Assembly: GCA_041500405.1 (NCBI GenBank)
Contig: JBGQMB010000023.1
Coordinates: 1 to 14,643, forward strand
DNA length: 14,643 bases
Reading direction: 5' to 3'
Origin: Candidatus Micrarchaeia archaeon
GTDB lineage: Archaea; Micrarchaeota; Micrarchaeia; Anstonellales; J096
Shown here: piece by piece, positions 14,299-14,643 of the stretch
Layout of the letters: the number at the start of each line of letters is the position of its first letter
Numbering within the stretch: position 1 is the stretch's first letter
Position numbers and translations under genes: made by a program
Notes under the pieces: generated by a model
What the model saw: the letters and a program-made list of their open reading frames with translations, nothing else
Database searches by the model: none
What the model was told of the DNA's origin: nothing

Positions 14299-14416
14299 GG
14301 GTTTAAATATGTATACCAAAGCGTAGAGTGGCTTGATTTTCGCGAAATCACAAATAGCTTTTTAATTTAATCTCCCTATGGTCATATAAAATGGTTAAAA
14401 GAAGGAGAGTTTTAGA

Positions 14417-14643
14417 ATGAATAGGATAAAGTGGCTGGGATTGATTTATCTTATAGCTGGGGGTTTACTATTAATTCTTAATCAACTACTACTTGGTGCA
14501 ATTATTTTAGCTTTGGGTTTATTTATTATACTAGGCCCTACTGGTATTTGGGATTCGATTATTGCTATCTTTCTTTTGTTAGTACTAATCCTAATTAGCC
14601 CTTTGATAGTTAATGCTATTTTGCAAGGCTCAAGCATGGCAGA
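14417..14643 (+). CDS. 3'-truncated, very hydrophobic membrane protein in AT-rich DNA
   Basis: AAGGAG at 14402-14407, then ATG 14417: MNRIKWLGLIYLIAGGLLLILNQLLLGAIILALGLFIILGPTGIWDSIIAIFLLLVLILISPLIVNAILQGSSMA, open to the window end. Not in the ORF track. Confidence 0.7.
   Translation, partial: MNRIKWLGLIYLIAGGLLLILNQLLLGAIILALGLFIILGPTGIWDSIIAIFLLLVLILISPLIVNAILQGSSMA

Noticed and set aside
1..14643. CRISPR array, transposase, integrase, rRNA or known defence system
   Set aside because: No regularly spaced repeats or recognisable motifs for these were seen by eye.

Overview
Compact archaeal genomic window, probably DPANN/Micrarchaeota-like (inference). The archaeal call rests on TTTAAA-type TATA boxes, GGTG(A) ribosome-binding sites, a DGGGP synthase, and a tRNA with U73 and no encoded CCA. 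In order it contains: a 5'-truncated surface protein; an MTA/SAH-type amidohydrolase; two tiny basic ORFs missed by the ORF track (32-aa Cys/His+Lys-rich; 15-16-aa almost pure Lys), each with its own TATA box and RBS-like site; a small membrane protein; DGGGP synthase; LemA plus a DUF2207-type protein; sufS-sufU-like genes plus a membrane-anchored protein; a single-domain KaiC-like ATPase preceded by a 100-aa protein resembling a T9SS C-terminal/Ig-like domain; a 646-aa coiled-coil protein; tRNA-Thr(UGU) with a non-canonical U53-A61 pair; a plant-type DapB; an 8-Cys surface protein; a histidine phosphatase; and the start of an AT-rich membrane-protein gene. No CRISPR array, transposase or integrase was seen. 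Family calls are from motif recognition, not database searches. The most novel candidates are the micro-protein pair, the Ig/T9SS-CTD-like plus KaiC-like gene pair, the palindromes flanking the sufS promoter, and the altered tRNA T-arm.
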